DNA of 64,000 nt. Origin: Octopus sinensis. Its lineage: Eukaryota. The notes below the pieces were generated by a model. That model searched no databases. It worked only from the letters and a program-made list of their open reading frames with translations, and had not been told where the DNA came from. Location: NCBI RefSeq assembly GCF_006345805.1, contig NC_043004.1, positions 68,696,001 through 68,760,000 of the forward strand, in the 5' to 3' direction. The translations under genes were made by a program, and so were the position numbers. Positions within the stretch are counted from its first letter, which is position 1, and each line of letters opens with the position of its first letter. Below are positions 63,758-64,000 of this stretch, one piece after another.

Positions 63758-63774
63758 ATATTCAAAAAAAAAAT

Positions 63775-63791
63775 TTGATATGTGCGTGTAA

Positions 63792-63840
<49 letters not shown>

Positions 63841-63956
63841 CGTGTGTGTGTGTGTGTGTGCGTGTGTGTGCGTTGTGTGTGTGTGTGTGTGTGTATGTGT
63901 GTGTGTGTGTGTGTGCGTGTGTGTATGTGTCGAGGGAGAGAGAGAGAAAGAAATGG

Positions 63957-64000
<44 letters not shown>
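63775..64000. repeat. (GT)n and (GAT)n microsatellites
   Basis: Directly visible. Confidence 0.95.

Overview
AT-rich animal genomic DNA dominated by microsatellites and transposon debris. The (TA)n/(CA)n/(GATA)n load and the tRNA-derived SINE families look like octopus/cephalopod DNA; this is inference from repeat content, not a database match. I find no supportable host protein-coding gene. Most ORFs in the track are translations of microsatellites, and the rest are transposon remnants. These include RTE-, CR1- and Tx1/L1-type LINEs, several Tc1/mariner lineages (mariner DD34D, maT DD37D, Tc1, Tigger/pogo), a SPIN/Charlie-type hAT, a Penelope GIY-YIG remnant, a probable Helentron-associated dimer and many SINEs. 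There is a 100-N gap at 52190-52289. The main signal is a set of non-coding Penelope-like/retrozyme-like elements carrying type I hammerhead ribozyme (HHR) motifs from at least six unrelated sequence families. Two form tandem arrays: ~474-nt units at 38693-40364 with textbook-complete HHRs, and ~540-nt units at 48812-50707. All four well-preserved insertions sit in TA-rich targets and have the same inverted geometry with ribozyme-sense 3' ends pointing outward. Other notable items are a full-length Tx1-like LINE embedded in (GATA)n whose 3' tail matches a SINE subfamily tail, a near-perfect 477-bp SINE fold-back, and a compact candidate promoter/first exon (or recursive splice site) at ~4060-4120.
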